Assembly: GCF_020745735.1 (NCBI RefSeq)
Contig: NC_083427.1
Coordinates: 1,457,438-1,521,437, forward strand
Direction of reading: 5' to 3'
DNA from: Hemiscyllium ocellatum
Taxonomy: Eukaryota
DNA: 64,000 nt
The notes under the pieces were generated by a model. It was not told the origin of the DNA, ran no database searches, and saw only the letters and a program-made list of their open reading frames with translations. A program made the translations under genes and the position numbers. This document shows, piece after piece, positions 51,174-64,000 of this stretch; within the stretch, counting starts at the first letter, position 1; every line of letters begins with the position of its first letter.

Positions 51174-54100
51174 CTGGACCGAAAAAAAAGGACTGATAGG
51201 AAAGACATTTGACATAGAGAAGTTATACAACCAAGACAGGATGTATGCTATTTGAGAATAAGGGACCTGAGGTGAGGTTTATGGAAATTCTGACCACAGT
51301 GTTCCAAGTCTAATGTTTTGAAGGACCTTACAGCAGAAATGGAGGATTGTAAATGATAGCCTTTTATTTAGGATTGTGGAGGGGGCGTGCAGCAAGCATC
51401 CAAATGCCAGTAATATCAATTGGAAGCGTGGTCACAGGCAAAGTAAAGAACACTTTTACAGAACATGGCTAAAAACCAACATTTGCTGTTGACTTGGTAC
51501 CGACTGGGATGTGAATTTCCAATGACATTTGACATTTTACAAGAACTGAAACCTTGCAAAATGAGTTGGAATAGACCATCGGCAGTAAACCGTGTTATGG
51601 CTTCATAACTCTAGCCATAACCCTATTTCTTTATTAATACAAGATTTAATTTGTCCTGTTAAAAACACGGAGGATACCATTCATTGAGAGGCATGCAGTC
51701 ATAGAGTCATGCAACATGGAAACTGCCTCTTCAGCCCAACTGTTACATTCCAACAAGGGTTCTTAAACGGAACTTTCCCATTTTCCTGCGATTTGTTCAT
51801 ATCTCTATAAACCTTTGCAATCTATGTGCCCGTCCAAATTGTGTTTACATGTTAGAACTGTACCTGCATCTATCACTTGCTCTGGAAGCTCATATGCATC
51901 ACCCTCTGTGTGGAACAGTTGCCCCTCAGGTCACTTTTAATTTTTATTCCTCCCGTCCTAAACTTCTGCCCTCTTGTTTTGGACTGCTGTACAGTGGGGG
52001 GAAAAAGACCTTGGCGGTTCACCTTTTAAATGCCACTCATGGTTTTATGACATGGAGGTACTGGTGTTGGACTACAGTGGACATGTTCAGAAGTCACAAA
52101 ACACAAAGATACAATCCAACGGGATTATTTGAAATCAAAAGCTTTCAAAGTGCTGCCCTTTCATCACATGAAGTGATGTAGAGGAACTGCTCTGGAAGGT
52201 TGCGATGACAAATAGATCTGTTTAACTACAACTGGAAGTCATGTGACTTTCGACCATGACTTTATAAACATTTATAAGTTCACCCTTCAGCCTCGTACGC
52301 TCCAGGGAATAACAGTCAGAGCTTATCGAGTCTCTCCTCTTAACTCAAACTCTCCTGCCTTGGGGACATCCTTATAAATGTTCTTTGCACCCTACCATTT
52401 TAATGACATCTTTCCTGTAGTCTGACCGGAATTGTACACAGTACTCCAAATTAGGTCTCACCAATTATGTTAACATCCATAACATGAAATCCCAAACTCC
52501 TGTAATCAATGCTCTGAAAGATGAAGTGTGACAAACTGCCTTCTTCACCAACCAGTCTACCTGTGTCACCACTTTCAATGAACTGTGCCTCTGAGCCCTG
52601 AGAAATGTCAACATGCCCTTGGTTCTTCCATTAAGTCCTGATCTGGATTGTCATAAGAAAATGCAACACTTTGCCTTTAAGTAATTTAAACTCCATCTGC
52701 CATTCCTCGCACCATTGGCCCAGTTCTCCTCGTATGGAACCTTCTTGACTTTGTATTTAATTTGGAGTTGTTCACACACTCTTGAACAATGTCTCAGATT
52801 TTGTCAACAAAAACGTTTAATTAACCGATGAATAACAGTTAAACAAACACCAGTACTTGAGGCACACAACCGGTCACAACCTCCAGTCTGAACCACAACC
52901 TCTATCACCACCCTCTGTCTATGAGCATAAAGCCAAATTTTCTAATTCGCTAGCTCTTCCTGCATCCCATTTGCTCTCATGGTATTATCCAGTCTGCCAT
53001 GGGGAACCTTGTTAAAGGCATTACCAATGTCCATGTGCACAATGTCTGCCATTCTGTCTTAATCTACCGTCTTGGTCACCCGTCCAATGATCTCAGTCAA
53101 ATTAGTGAGACACGATCTCCCACGTGCAAAGTCATGCTGAGTGATCCTCATTATTCCTTGCCTTTCCAAATGCACGTTGATATTTTCTCTCAGAATCCCC
53201 TCTAATAACTTATCCACCACTGACGTCAGGCTTACTGTTATGTAGTGCCCAGGCTTTTGCTTTCAGTCTATCTTAAATAATGACAAAATACTTGAACCTT
53301 TCTGTCTTTTAGCAGATCATCCGTGGTTGTCCATGTCACAGATATTTCTGCCAGACGCTGCAATTACATTTCTAGAGTCCCACAATGTACTAGGATAAAC
53401 CTAAGCATGTCCCAAGTATTCGTCTACTTTAATGCATTTTCATGCCTTCAGTATCTCCTTGTGAGTAATGAGGACTCTTCTCAAGAAATGAATGTTGATT
53501 TCGCTGAGTTGCTGGCGTCCATGTCTTCCTGCATTCTGATAAAAAATATTCGTTTGGGACCTCGCCCATCTCCTGTCGTTTCACACATATACGTGACCCT
53601 TCCTTTAAGGGGCCCTATTCTCTGCCTAGTTACCTTTTCGCCCTTAATATACATGTAAAATCATTTTGGATTCTCCTTAATCTAAATTGCCAAAACTATC
53701 TCCTATCCCCTTTATGCTGTACTCATTTTCCTCTCAGGTATGCCCCTATACCCCCTTTACTCTCAAAGGACTCACTGATCTCAGATATTCACAACTGAAA
53801 TTTGCATCTTGCTTTTTCTTGACCCGAGCGTTAACATCTCTCCTCAGTCAGCGTTCCCTACTCCTGTCAGCTGTGCCCTTCACTCTCACAGGAACATGTT
53901 GTATCTGAACTCTTGTTATGTCACTTTTGAACGCTTCCAATTTGCCAGATGTCCTTTTGCTTGCGAAGAGCCACACCCAATCAACTGTTGACAGTTTCTA
54001 TGGAGTAACATCAAAACTGGTCGTACCCTGATTTAGAATTGAACTTGTGCATTAGTTGTATCATTTTCCATTACTATTTTAGGAGAATAGAATTACAGTC

Positions 54101-56574
54101 ACTGGTCCAAAAGCTCTCATCCACTTGCCTGACTTATTTCCCAAGAATGGTCGACCTTTGCCTCTTCTCTGTACATCCATCTACATATTGATTAAGAAAA
54201 CATTCTCCCTTGGAAAGGAAGCGTTGCTGCACCCATATCAGTGACATGAGAGGATGAATAATAATCCATACGAATCACTCCATTGATACATTTCTGTTTG
54301 AAACAGAATCGTAGAACCATAGAACATATCGATAGTCTAATCTGCCAGTTGTACATGCGTGCTGGCTACCTTGAAAGAGACATCGAATTTGTAGCACTTT
54401 AAATCACTTTCACACTGATTATTTTATTTTCAAACTACCCATTCTCTTGCTTTTTCAAGGTCAATGTGTTTTCTGTTGTCCCTTGTTTTAAAGCAAGTAT
54501 TTTACATTCATGCTCAGCTATTGACAGCACGGACAGAGAAAATGCTTTATTCCCACAACAAACCTATAATAATGAATCCATCAAATAAAAAGTCTCTGCA
54601 ACTACAGAAATACGGCAACAGAAAGTGGAGTTGCAGGTCGATAGGATAGTGAAGAAGGTGTTTGATATGCTTGCCTTTATTGGTCACTCCATTGAGTATT
54701 GAGTTGAGAGATCATGTTACGGCTGTACAGAACATTGGCTAATCTAGTTCTGGAGGACTATCCACAATTCTGGTCTCCCTGCTGAAGGAAGGATGTCGTC
54801 AACCCTGAAAGTTTTCACCATAGATTAACAAGGGTTTTGCCATGAGTGGAGGGTTTGAGCTATCGGGAGAGTTTGAATAAACTGTTGCGATTCAAACTCA
54901 GGTTCTTACCAGTTGGAGAGAACAACCTCCAGAGATTTCCGAGAGGTCCGTCAACTTGAAAGGATCTTCTCAAGTTTGAAACCCTGTTACACTCCAACTG
55001 CTTCTGTCTGTTACTGTGAAACCGAAGTTCAAGAAGCTTGAACGTGGAGAACTGTTAATTCCCTTGCCATTGTTAAACTAAGCTTTTCCGAAACATTTTG
55101 GTACGTCTGTCTTTACAAAATCTTTCAAAAGAAAACAAGGACAAAATAATCTTTTTAAAGGGACATCATTGTCACACCTCCACCTTTTCAAGGAGCAACC
55201 AGGATGGGCACTAAGCACTGGATCCAGATAGCGATGCCAAATTCCCATGTAGCGAAGTGCTCCCCCCAGTAGTGTAAACACATGAGCATTGTCAAAATCA
55301 ATAATAACATTTGAGGTAAACACTGAGTACTGCACTCTCCAACTTCTTCCTTTCCGAAATAAAAAGACTAGTCACTGCAAGTACAATTTTGTTTGGTAAT
55401 TAACGCATGCCTTTCTGCCAGTACCCCTATCCTGTGAAAGATTGAAAAGAAAAGCCAGGAACCTGCTTCCAGTGAAATCCTACTATGAAGACAAAGTTCC
55501 ATTTTCCACGAACGGTGCAACTTGTAGATAGGGTTTTGAGTGCAAAGAATGCGGAGCAGGCCATAAAGACAATTAATTTTCTCAGTTAAGGTTTGCAAAC
55601 TGATGCTCAACAACTGAATGACTTAACGCATTGCCTTCCCCAGTGTGCAGTGAAGGCTGGCCCATTGCATATTTTTTTCAATAAAAAGGAAATCATGATT
55701 TGGGAGAGCAAATTGGAGTTAGGCTGGAATCCAATGAGCCGTCGTCTTACCACATGGCAGAACAGGTTCAAAGGGGCAAATAGCCTACTGCTGCTTCTGT
55801 TTCTTAATGCCTTACTTAGGATTGCACAAATCCAGTCAGTTTTATAGTAAGGTTACAGGCATGGCGGGTGAAGGTATTACGTGTACCTTCATTATGTGTA
55901 CAAGGCAAAACAGGAAGAATCACTGCCTCGGCGTCTACACATAATTGAAGATCATAAAATTAAATATGCAGCTCGAAATGTTTAAAAATCCCTTAGACCA
56001 TACGAAGGAGAAGGTTTCGCTGATTACTTGGTTCAGTGTAAAGAGATGGTGGAGAAAATATTCTTTTTCACTCAGTTTCCAGGATTCTTGCTCAATTTGA
56101 TATAAATGTGCTGATTTGGCTGAATCAGTAGAGGGCGCAGTTTATAGACAGGCCCAACTCTCTTCTCATTTTCTACTGTCAGCTGGATGGAATAAAACGA
56201 GCAAGTATTATTTTCATTCATTCAAGAGACAGTGAGAGTCAGTAAATATGCAAGCATGTTATTGCCCATCCGGAGCTGACATGGTGTCAATGATACGCAG
56301 TAATCTCTGTTCTAGCAGAGACACCTACAGTGCTATTGAGAAGGTCGCTCAAAGACTGTACCCTACAGGAATGAGCAATACTTCTGGAGCTGCGAGATAA
56401 CTCCAAGTGAAGACGGTGAGGGGCTTGGAAAGACATTGAATTTATGTGTGTTCCCATGTATCTGCTGCCCCATCCTTCTCGATTATAGAGGCCATTTGTA
56501 AACCATATATTGGAGCCTGTCTGAATGAGAACAAAGGACACAACATATTGCAGTATGGTACGGGGATTGGTTAC

Positions 56575-56685
56575 TTCGGTTGGCTGAGTGTTTAGTTTCT
56601 GACAGAGAGGACAGTAGCGTTGGTTGAATTCCCTTGATAAATTTGCATTTACTGTCAGGGAGGATGCAATCGAGAATCTGGTGGT
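56575..56685 (-). other. Candidate 111-nt cassette exon, copy 3
   Basis: Same acceptor as copy 1, donor GAA|GTAACC, both frames open. Confidence 0.38.
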
Positions 56686-59600
56686 CTGAACCGAACAAAA
56701 AAGAGGACTGTTAGGAAAGACATTTGACGTAGAGAATTTATACAACCAAGACAGGATGTATACTATTTGAGAATAAGGGACGTGAGGTGAGGTTTATGGA
56801 AATTCTGACCACAGTGTTCCAAGTCTAATGTTTTGAAGGACCTTACAGCAGAAATGGAGGATTGTAAATGATAGCCTTTTATTTAGGATTGTGGAGGGGG
56901 CGTGCAGCAAGCACCCAAATTCCAGTAATATCAATTGGAAGCGTGGTCACAGGCAAAGTAAAGAACACATGTACAGAATATGTCTGAAAACCAACATTTG
57001 TTGTTGACTTGGTACCGCTTGGGATGTGAATTTCCAATGACATTTGACATTTTGCAAGTGCTAAAACCTCGCAACATGGGTTGGAATAGACCATCGGCAG
57101 TCAACCGTATTATGGCTTCATAACTCTAGCCATAACCCTATTGCTTTATTAATACAAGATTTATTTTGTCCTGTTAAAAATACGGAGGATACCATTCATT
57201 TAGAGGCATGCAGTCATAGAGTCATGCAACATGGAAACTGCCCCTTCAGCCCAACTGTTACATTCCATCAAGGGTTCCTCATCGGAACATTCTCAATTTC
57301 CTGCGATTTGTCCATATCTCTATAAACCTTTGCAATCTATGCACCCGTCCAAATTGCGTTTACATGTTCGAACTGTACCTGTATCTAACACTTGCTCTGG
57401 CAGCTCATATGCATCACCCTCTGTGTGGAGAAGTTGCCCCTCAGGTCACTTTTAAATTGTTTTCCTCCCACCCTAATCTTCTGCCCTCTTGTTTTGGACT
57501 GCTGTACATTGGGGAAATAAAGACCTTGGCGGTTGACCCTTGAAATGCCTCTCATGATTTTATGATATGGAGGTACTGGTGTTGGACTATGTTGGACATC
57601 TTCAGAATTCACAAAACACAAAGTTACAGTCCAATGGGATTATTTAAAATTATAAGCTTTCAAAGTGCTGCCCTTTCATCAAATGAAGTGATGTAGAGGT
57701 ACTGCTCTGGGAGGTTGTGATGACAAATAGATCTGTTTAACTACAACTGGAAGTCATGTGACTTTTGGCCATGACTTTATAAACATTTATAAGTTCACCC
57801 TTCAGCCTCGTACGCTCCAGGGAATAACAGTCCGAACTTAGCGAGTGTCTCCTCTTAACTCAATCCCTCCTGCCTTGGGAACATCCTTATAAATCTTCTT
57901 TGCCCCCTACCATTTTAATGACATCTTTCCTGTCGTATGACCGGAATTGTACACAGTACTCCAAATGTAGTCTCACGAATTATGTTAACATCCATAACAT
58001 GAAATCCCAAACTCTTGTAATCAATGCTCTGACAGATGAAGGCAAGTGTGACAAATGGCCTTCTTCACCAACCAGTCTACCTGTGACACCACTTTCAATG
58101 AACTGTGCATCTGCGCCCTGAGGCATGTCAACATACCTTTGGGTTCTTCCATTAAGTCCTGATCTGGTTTGTCTTAAGAAAATGCAACACTTTGCATTTA
58201 AGTAATTTACATTCCATCTGCCATTCTTCGCATCATTGGCCCAGTTCACCTCGTATGGAACCTTCTTGACCTTGTATTTAATTTGGAGTTGTTCACACAC
58301 TCATGAACGATACCTTAGACTTTCTCAACAAAAATGTTTACTTAACTGATGAATAACAGTGAAACAAACACTAGTACTTGAGCCACACAACTGGTCACAA
58401 CCTCCTGTCTGAACCACAACCTCTATCTCCACCCTTTTTCTATGAGCATAAAGCCAAATTTTCCAATTGGATTGCTCTTCCTGCATCCCAGTTGTTCTCA
58501 TGGTATTATCCAGTCTGCCATGCGGAACCATGTTCAAGGCCTTGCCAATGTCCATGTGCACAATGTCTGCCATTCTGTCTGTATCTACCGTCTTGGTCAC
58601 CCCTCCCATGATCTCAGTCAAATTAGTGAGACACGATCTCCCACGTGCAAAGTCATGCTGAGTGTCCCTCAATAATCCTTGCAGTTCCAAATGCTCGTGG
58701 ATCTTTTGTCTCAGAATACCGTCTAATAAATTGTCAACCACTGACGTCAGGCTTACTCTTATATAGTTCTCAGGTTTTTCCTTACAGTCTTTCTTAAATA
58801 ATGACAAAACATTTGAACCCTTCAGACTTTTAGCAGTTCACCCGTGGTGTCCATGTCACAGATATTTCTGCTAGAGGCCGCAATTACATTTCTAGTGTCC
58901 CACAATATACTAGGATACATCTGAGCATGGCCCAGGGATTCGTCTACTTTTATGCATTTCAAGGCCTTCAGTATCTCCTCGTCAGTGATGTGGACTCTTC
59001 TCAAGAGATGAATATTGATTTCACTGAGTTGCTCGCTTCCCTGTCTTCCTGCATTCTGACACAAAATATTCCTTTGGGACCTTGCCCATCTCCTGTCGTT
59101 TCACACATATATGTAATCTTTGCATCCAGAGGCCTTATTCTCTCCCTAGTTACTTTTTCGCCCTTAATATACATGTAAAATCATTTTGGATTTCTCTTAA
59201 TCTAAACTGACAAAACGATCTCCTATCCACTTTATGCTGTACTCGTTTTCCTCTTCAGTATGCCCCTCTACCCCCTTTACTCTCAAAGGATTCACTGATC
59301 TCAGATGTTCGTAACTGAACTCTTGCTTTTTCTTGACCAGACCGTTAACATCTCTCCTCAGTAAATGTTCCCTACTCCTGTCAGCTGTGCCCTTCACTCT
59401 CACAGGAACATGCTGTCTCTGAACTCTTGGTATGTCACTTGTGAACGTTTCCAATTTGCCAGATGTCCTTTTGCTTGCGAAGAGACCCACCCAATCAACT
59501 GTTGACAGATTCTGTGTAGTAACATCAAAATTGGCCGGACCCTGATTTAGAATTAAACTTGTGCATTAGTTGTATCATTTTCCATTACTATTTTAGGAGA

Positions 59601-60129
59601 ATAGAATTATAGTCACTGGTCCAAAAGTTCTCATCCACTTGCCTGACTTATTTCCCAAGAAGTGGTCGACCTTTGCCTCTTCTCTGTACATCCATCTACA
59701 TATTGATTAAGAAAACATTCTCCCTTGGAAAGGAAGCGTTGCTGCACCCATATCAGTGACATGAGAGGATGAATAATAATCCATACGAATCACTCCATTG
59801 ACACATTTCTGTTTGAAACACAATCGTAGAACCATACAACATATCGATAGTCTAATCTGCTAGTTGTACATGCGTGCTGGCTACCTTGAAAGAGACATCG
59901 AATTTGTAGCACTTTAAATCACTTTCACACTGATGATTTTATTTGCAAACTACCCATTCTCTTGCTTTTTCAAGGTCAATGTGTTTTCTGTTGTCCCTTG
60001 TTTTACAGCAAGTATTTTACATTCATGCTCAGCTATTGACAGCACTGACAGAGAAAATGCTTTATTCCCACAACAAACCTATAATCATGAATCCATCAAT
60101 TAAATAGTCTCTGCAACTACAGAAATACG

Positions 60130-60810
60130 GCAACAGAAAGTGGAGTTGCAGGTCGATAGGATAGTGAAGAAGGTGTTTGATATGCTTGCCTTTATTGGTC
60201 ACTCCATTGAGTATTGAGTTGAGAGATCATGTTACGGCTGTACAGAACATTGGCTAATCTAGCTCTGGAGGACGATCCACAATTCTGGTCTCCCTGCTGA
60301 AGGAAGGATGTCGTCAACCCTGAAAGTTTTCATAAAAGGTTAAGAAGTATTTTGCCATGAGTGGAGGGTTTGAGTGATTGGGACAGTCTGAATAACCTGG
60401 TGCTATTTTCCTTGGTTCATTGGAAACTGTGGGCTGAAGTTTTAGAGGTGTATAAAATCATGGGGGGCATGGACAATGTGAACACTCAAGGTATTTCCCT
60501 GAGTTAGAGCAGTCCAAAAACGGAGGGCATACTTTTAAGGTCAGAAAGATTTGAAAGGAATCAAATGGGGCAACAGTTTCACTCAGACAGTTGGTGCCAA
60601 TATAACTGAGCTCCAAAGGAAGTGGTGGAGGCTGGCACAATTGCAACATTTAAAGAGCATCTGGATGGGTATATGGATAGGAACCGTTTAGAGAGATATG
60701 GGCATAAAGTTGGCACATAGCACTAGATTCATTTAGGTTATCTTGTCAGCATTGACAAGTTAGGCTGAAGAGTCTGTTCCTGTGCTGTACTTCTGCACGA
60801 CTCCATAGCT
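60130..60810 (+). mobile_element. CR1/HER1 3' part; intact continuation of the LINE truncated at the triplication junctions (49105-49384, 54625-54889)
   Basis: AAAGTGGAGTTGCAGGTCGATAGG...ACATTTAAAGAGCATCTGGATGGG...GACTCCATAG. Confidence 0.88.
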
Positions 60811-61309
60811 CTTGCTGTCGGATTGTTCATTGCAGTCATGTATTTGCTACCATTTTCAATATTTACAATTCTTCATAACTGTGATAATTTCAATAAAAGT
60901 GACACTATCAAGGGCACGATTTATAATTGCAAAGGCTGTGCACTGGCACAAAACAGATCTCTGACTGATTCAGTGATTTGTGAAGAATGACCATGGCTTC
61001 ATGATGTACTTTCTCAGTTCCCCTTATAACCAGGCCAACGGTTTAAGCTATAGCATTTAAAAGTCTCCTGTCCCTTCACAGATTTGTTCTGAAACCTCAA
61101 AGTTCATATATTTCAAATTCCTTTGCAAAGTATTCGCAAAAGAAACAAAAAAAAGTACTTTCCTTCATGTCACAGAGCAATGTTTGCGTGTTTTCTTGAG
61201 CTTGGTCTCGATAACCACATATGTTTTCGAATACATCAACCATGATTTTGTTCCGGACCACATTTTGACATCTGCTTTCCACCGTTAACCTCCTTCAGCA
61301 ACCTCCTCG

Positions 61310-61860
61310 TTTAGAATGTGAAACATGCAGCAGAATTAGACCATTCAGTCTATCGAATCTGTCCCGCTATTCAATGAGACCATGGCAGATCTGATAAACC
61401 TGGGCTTCAATTTCCTGACTTTTCCTTTTACCAATTGATTCCTTCATTGAATAAAAATCTCTCCGTCACTCCCTTGAATATTTTAAATAACCCAGCATCG
61501 AACGCCCTCTATGATAAGAAATTCAACAGCTTCACAATCTTTTCATAGAACAAATACCTCACCACATCTACGTTAAATAGGTGAATCCTTACATTGATTG
61601 TTTCCCACAAGTGGAAACAGTTTCTCCAAATCTCTTGTTGATTACAATTGGTATGATAAGATCGCCTTTCATTCTTCTCAATTACAAGGCCCAATCTTTT
61701 AATTATGTTTATTAAAAAAACCCTTCATATCCGCGATTTGCCGAATGAAATTTGTCTGGACTCCATCCAATGTCAAAATACATTTCGATAGATAACGGGG
61801 CCAAAAATTGTTCACGGTTTTCCAGCCGTTATTTGATTATTGGCTTCTATAGTTTCAGAA
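61310..61860 (-). mobile_element. CR1-like LINE 3' fragment
   Basis: GCAGAATTAGACCATTCAG..CCGCTATTCAATGAGACCATGGC and CCCACAAGTGGAAACA. Confidence 0.7.
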
Positions 61861-62059
61861 GGCCTCTTTCCACAGCTCATAAGGAAGATGACCAAATATG
61901 AGTTAATTTGCAGGTGCCGATACTTTTAAAGTGGGACTGGTTTTGTCCCCAATTTGCATAATGTCCAACTTATGGAAAGAAGAATTGAGAAGTTAGTCAT
62001 TCACCACGCCTTAGTTAAAAATAACTACTAAATAATTATAATGTATGCCGTGATCATTT

Positions 62060-62630
62060 CAGCTGGATTCCAGATAATGTGAAAGCGATTGTTCTTCATA
62101 CTAATATTGCAATTGATCAAGGATCTCGATCAAAATGGCAGTCACTGAGAATCAGGTGAAAAATCGATGCTTTGCGCCATTCCCAGCAAGTGGAAAATGT
62201 TTGTAGTTTTGGAGATCAGTAATCTCAGCGCCAGGACATCTCTGCTGAAGTTCTTCAGGATAATCGTGGCTGAACTATCTTCATCCGTTTCATTGATGAC
62301 TCCTCCATTCCATAAGATCAGGAGCAGGGATGTTCACTAATGATTGTACAACGTTCAGCACTATTCATAACTCTTGAAATACTGAAGCAGTCCATGTTTA
62401 AATGTACCACGATCTGGATCCAGAGCACGATTTGGGCTGACAATTGTCAGCGAAAGTTCCTGCCACTCTAATATCAGGCATTGATTATCACCAATAAAAT
62501 TACCAGAGACATTCCGTGATATTAACTTTCCAGGGTCACCCAATATCGACAACCTTATTGTCACCATTGACCAGAACCTGAACTGCTCTCGTAATATAAG
62601 TACAGTGACAACAAGAACTCGTCAGCGGCC
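62060..62630 (+). mobile_element. LINE RT fragment (CR1/L2 family)
   Basis: CAGGACATCTCTGCTGAAGTTCTTCAGG..CTATCTTCATCCGTTTCATTGATGAC (RT4-5 remnant). Confidence 0.65.
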
Positions 62631-62659
62631 AGAAGTTTGATTCACTAACTATAGAATGG

Positions 62660-62980
62660 TGCTTTGCCTCCTTGGAAGAGAATGATATTATGATGTGGGT
62701 GCGGAATTCCTTCTTGGGAAGATGGCACTCTCAGATGTCACTGTCTGTATTGGTGCTAACAACATAGGCATGAAGAAGACTGAAGTCCTGAAGACAGATT
62801 TCAGCGAGTTAAAAATGAAATTGAAAGACAGATTCTCAAAGGCAGTAATCTTAGGATTTCTGTCTGCCACGTATCAATGTGTAAAAGAACAGAAGGAGTG
62901 ATTGGTTCAAAACGTTTTGAAGAGCAGGTGTAGGAAAAGGCGCTTTGGATTTCTGAGGAATTAGAATGGATTCTGCAGCA
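62660..62980 (+). mobile_element. CR1 ORF1 SGNH-esterase fragment
   Basis: VTVCIGANNIGMKKTEVLKTDFSELKMKLKDRFSKAVILGFL resembles the CR1 ORF1 esterase (VVVHIGTNDIG..EVL..EFRELG.KLK.RTS.VVISGLL). Confidence 0.7.
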
Positions 62981-63024
62981 GGTTGAGTCAATGTTATCTG
63001 AACCAACTACATCTTCACTAGTCA

Positions 63025-63230
63025 GTCTTCTCAGATGCTGGAGATCAGGTTCGAGAAGTATGGTGCTGGAAATGCACAGCCAGTCCAGCAGCATCAGAAA
63101 AGCAAAAGAGTGGATTTTTCGAACATGAGAACTTAATCAAATGTAGAGCTCGTGCTCAAAACGTCGACCCTCCTGTTCCTCGGATTCTGCCTGACTGGCT
63201 GCACTTTTACCGCACTACACTTTCTGACGA
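63025..63230. mobile_element. Fold-back Penelope terminal insertion
   Basis: CAGATGCTGGAGATCAG..GTGCTGGAAATGCACAGC followed by the inverse AAACGTCGACCCTCCTG..CTGCCTGAC..CACTACACTTT. Confidence 0.7.
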
Positions 63231-63526
63231 TTTCAGTTTCTGATTAATTGTAACTCACAGGGTGTTGGCGGATTGGTAACTCACTGACTGAAAAAAAACC
63301 CATTGTGAATGAAGTGGTAATAGCTAGATGTCTTGTTGTGTCGATGATCATTGGATGGATCTCAGAGCATTTGAAATCCACCAGAAGTACCAGCAAATTC
63401 GGTGAAAATATCATGTGATTATTGATTCCACGTTGAATGAGGCAGAGGTGCAATTTAGACACGAATACGATTATACAAGTATTTGATGTATATGTATGTA
63501 CATTTCTCTCTGCGTGTGTGTATATC

Positions 63527-64000
63527 GAGTCATAGAGTCATAGAGATGTACAGCATGGAAACAGACCCTTCGGTCCAACCCGTCCACGCCGATCAGACAT
63601 CCCAACCCAATCTAGTCCCACCTGCCAGCACCCGGCCCATATCCCTCCAAACCCTTCCTATTCATATACCCATCCAAATGCCTCTAAAATGTTGCAATTG
63701 TACCAGCCTCCAGCACTTCCTCTGGAAGCTCATTCCATACACGTACCACCCTCTGCGTGAAAAACTTGCCCTTTAGTCCTCTTTTATATATTTCCCCTCT
63801 CACCCTAAACCTATGCCCTCTCGTTCTGGACTCCGCGGCACCAGGGAAAAGATCTTGTCTATTTATCCTTTCCATGCCCCTCATAATTTTGTAAACCTCT
63901 ACAAGGTCACCTCTCAGCCTCCGACGCTCCAGGGAAAACAGCTCCAGCCTGTTCAGCCTCTCCCTATAGCTCAGATCCTCCAACCCTGGCAACATCCTTG
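63527..64000 (-). mobile_element. Young CR1/HER1 LINE 3' end, runs off the window
   Basis: Uninterrupted ORF 63684..63995 MLPGLEDLSYRERLNRLELFSLERRRLRGDLVEVYKIMRG...WNELPEEV and a (CTCTATGA)-type tail. Confidence 0.95.

Larger units (their letters stand above)
43889..60407 (+). repeat. Tandem triplication of a ~5.5-kb unit (43889-49384, 49385-54889, 54890-60404)
   Basis: Colinear near-identical sequence with offsets of ~5496, 5505 and 5515. The junction joins a truncated CR1 (...CTGGTGCTA) to the middle of the LTR (TTCAAAC...) via ATT microhomology. Confidence 0.97.

Noticed and set aside
43889-60407. Triplication as an assembly artefact or CRISPR-like array
   Set aside because: The copies differ by many substitutions and indels, the units are 5.5 kb, and there is no repeat-spacer structure.
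1-64000. Immunoglobulin/IgNAR/TCR cluster suggested by a shark tandem unit with an ATTTGCAT octamer and CACAGTG heptamers (45332, 45815, 3045)
   Set aside because: No V, J or C domain motifs, and no heptamer with a properly spaced ACAAAAACC-type nonamer was found.

Overview
Eukaryotic, AT-rich, repeat-dense DNA, almost certainly from a cartilaginous fish (shark). It carries many copies of the elasmobranch HE1-type V-SINE, CR1/HER1-clade LINE fragments, two Penelope-like retroelement families (several as short fold-back insertions with target-site duplications and hammerhead-like cores) and a solo LTR. There are no prokaryotic-type genes, rRNA, true tRNA genes or CRISPR arrays. The ORFs in the supplied track that I can recognise are decayed retroelement fragments, and the rest look like chance ORFs. 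Two structures stand out. (1) A chain of at least 14 small minus-strand exon candidates in the unique-sequence islands between about 29.2 kb and 0.5 kb, with canonical AG/GT sites and a terminal AATAAA. Spliced together they give about 397 codons with only 5 internal stops, suggesting a decayed unidentified multi-exon gene or a spliced lncRNA. (2) A head-to-tail triplication of a ~5.5-kb unit (43889-60407). Each copy carries a 111-nt symmetric exon candidate and a CTCF-like motif, and the three copies show patchwork similarity. Repeat boundaries are approximate, and all exon calls are manual and need RNA or homology support.
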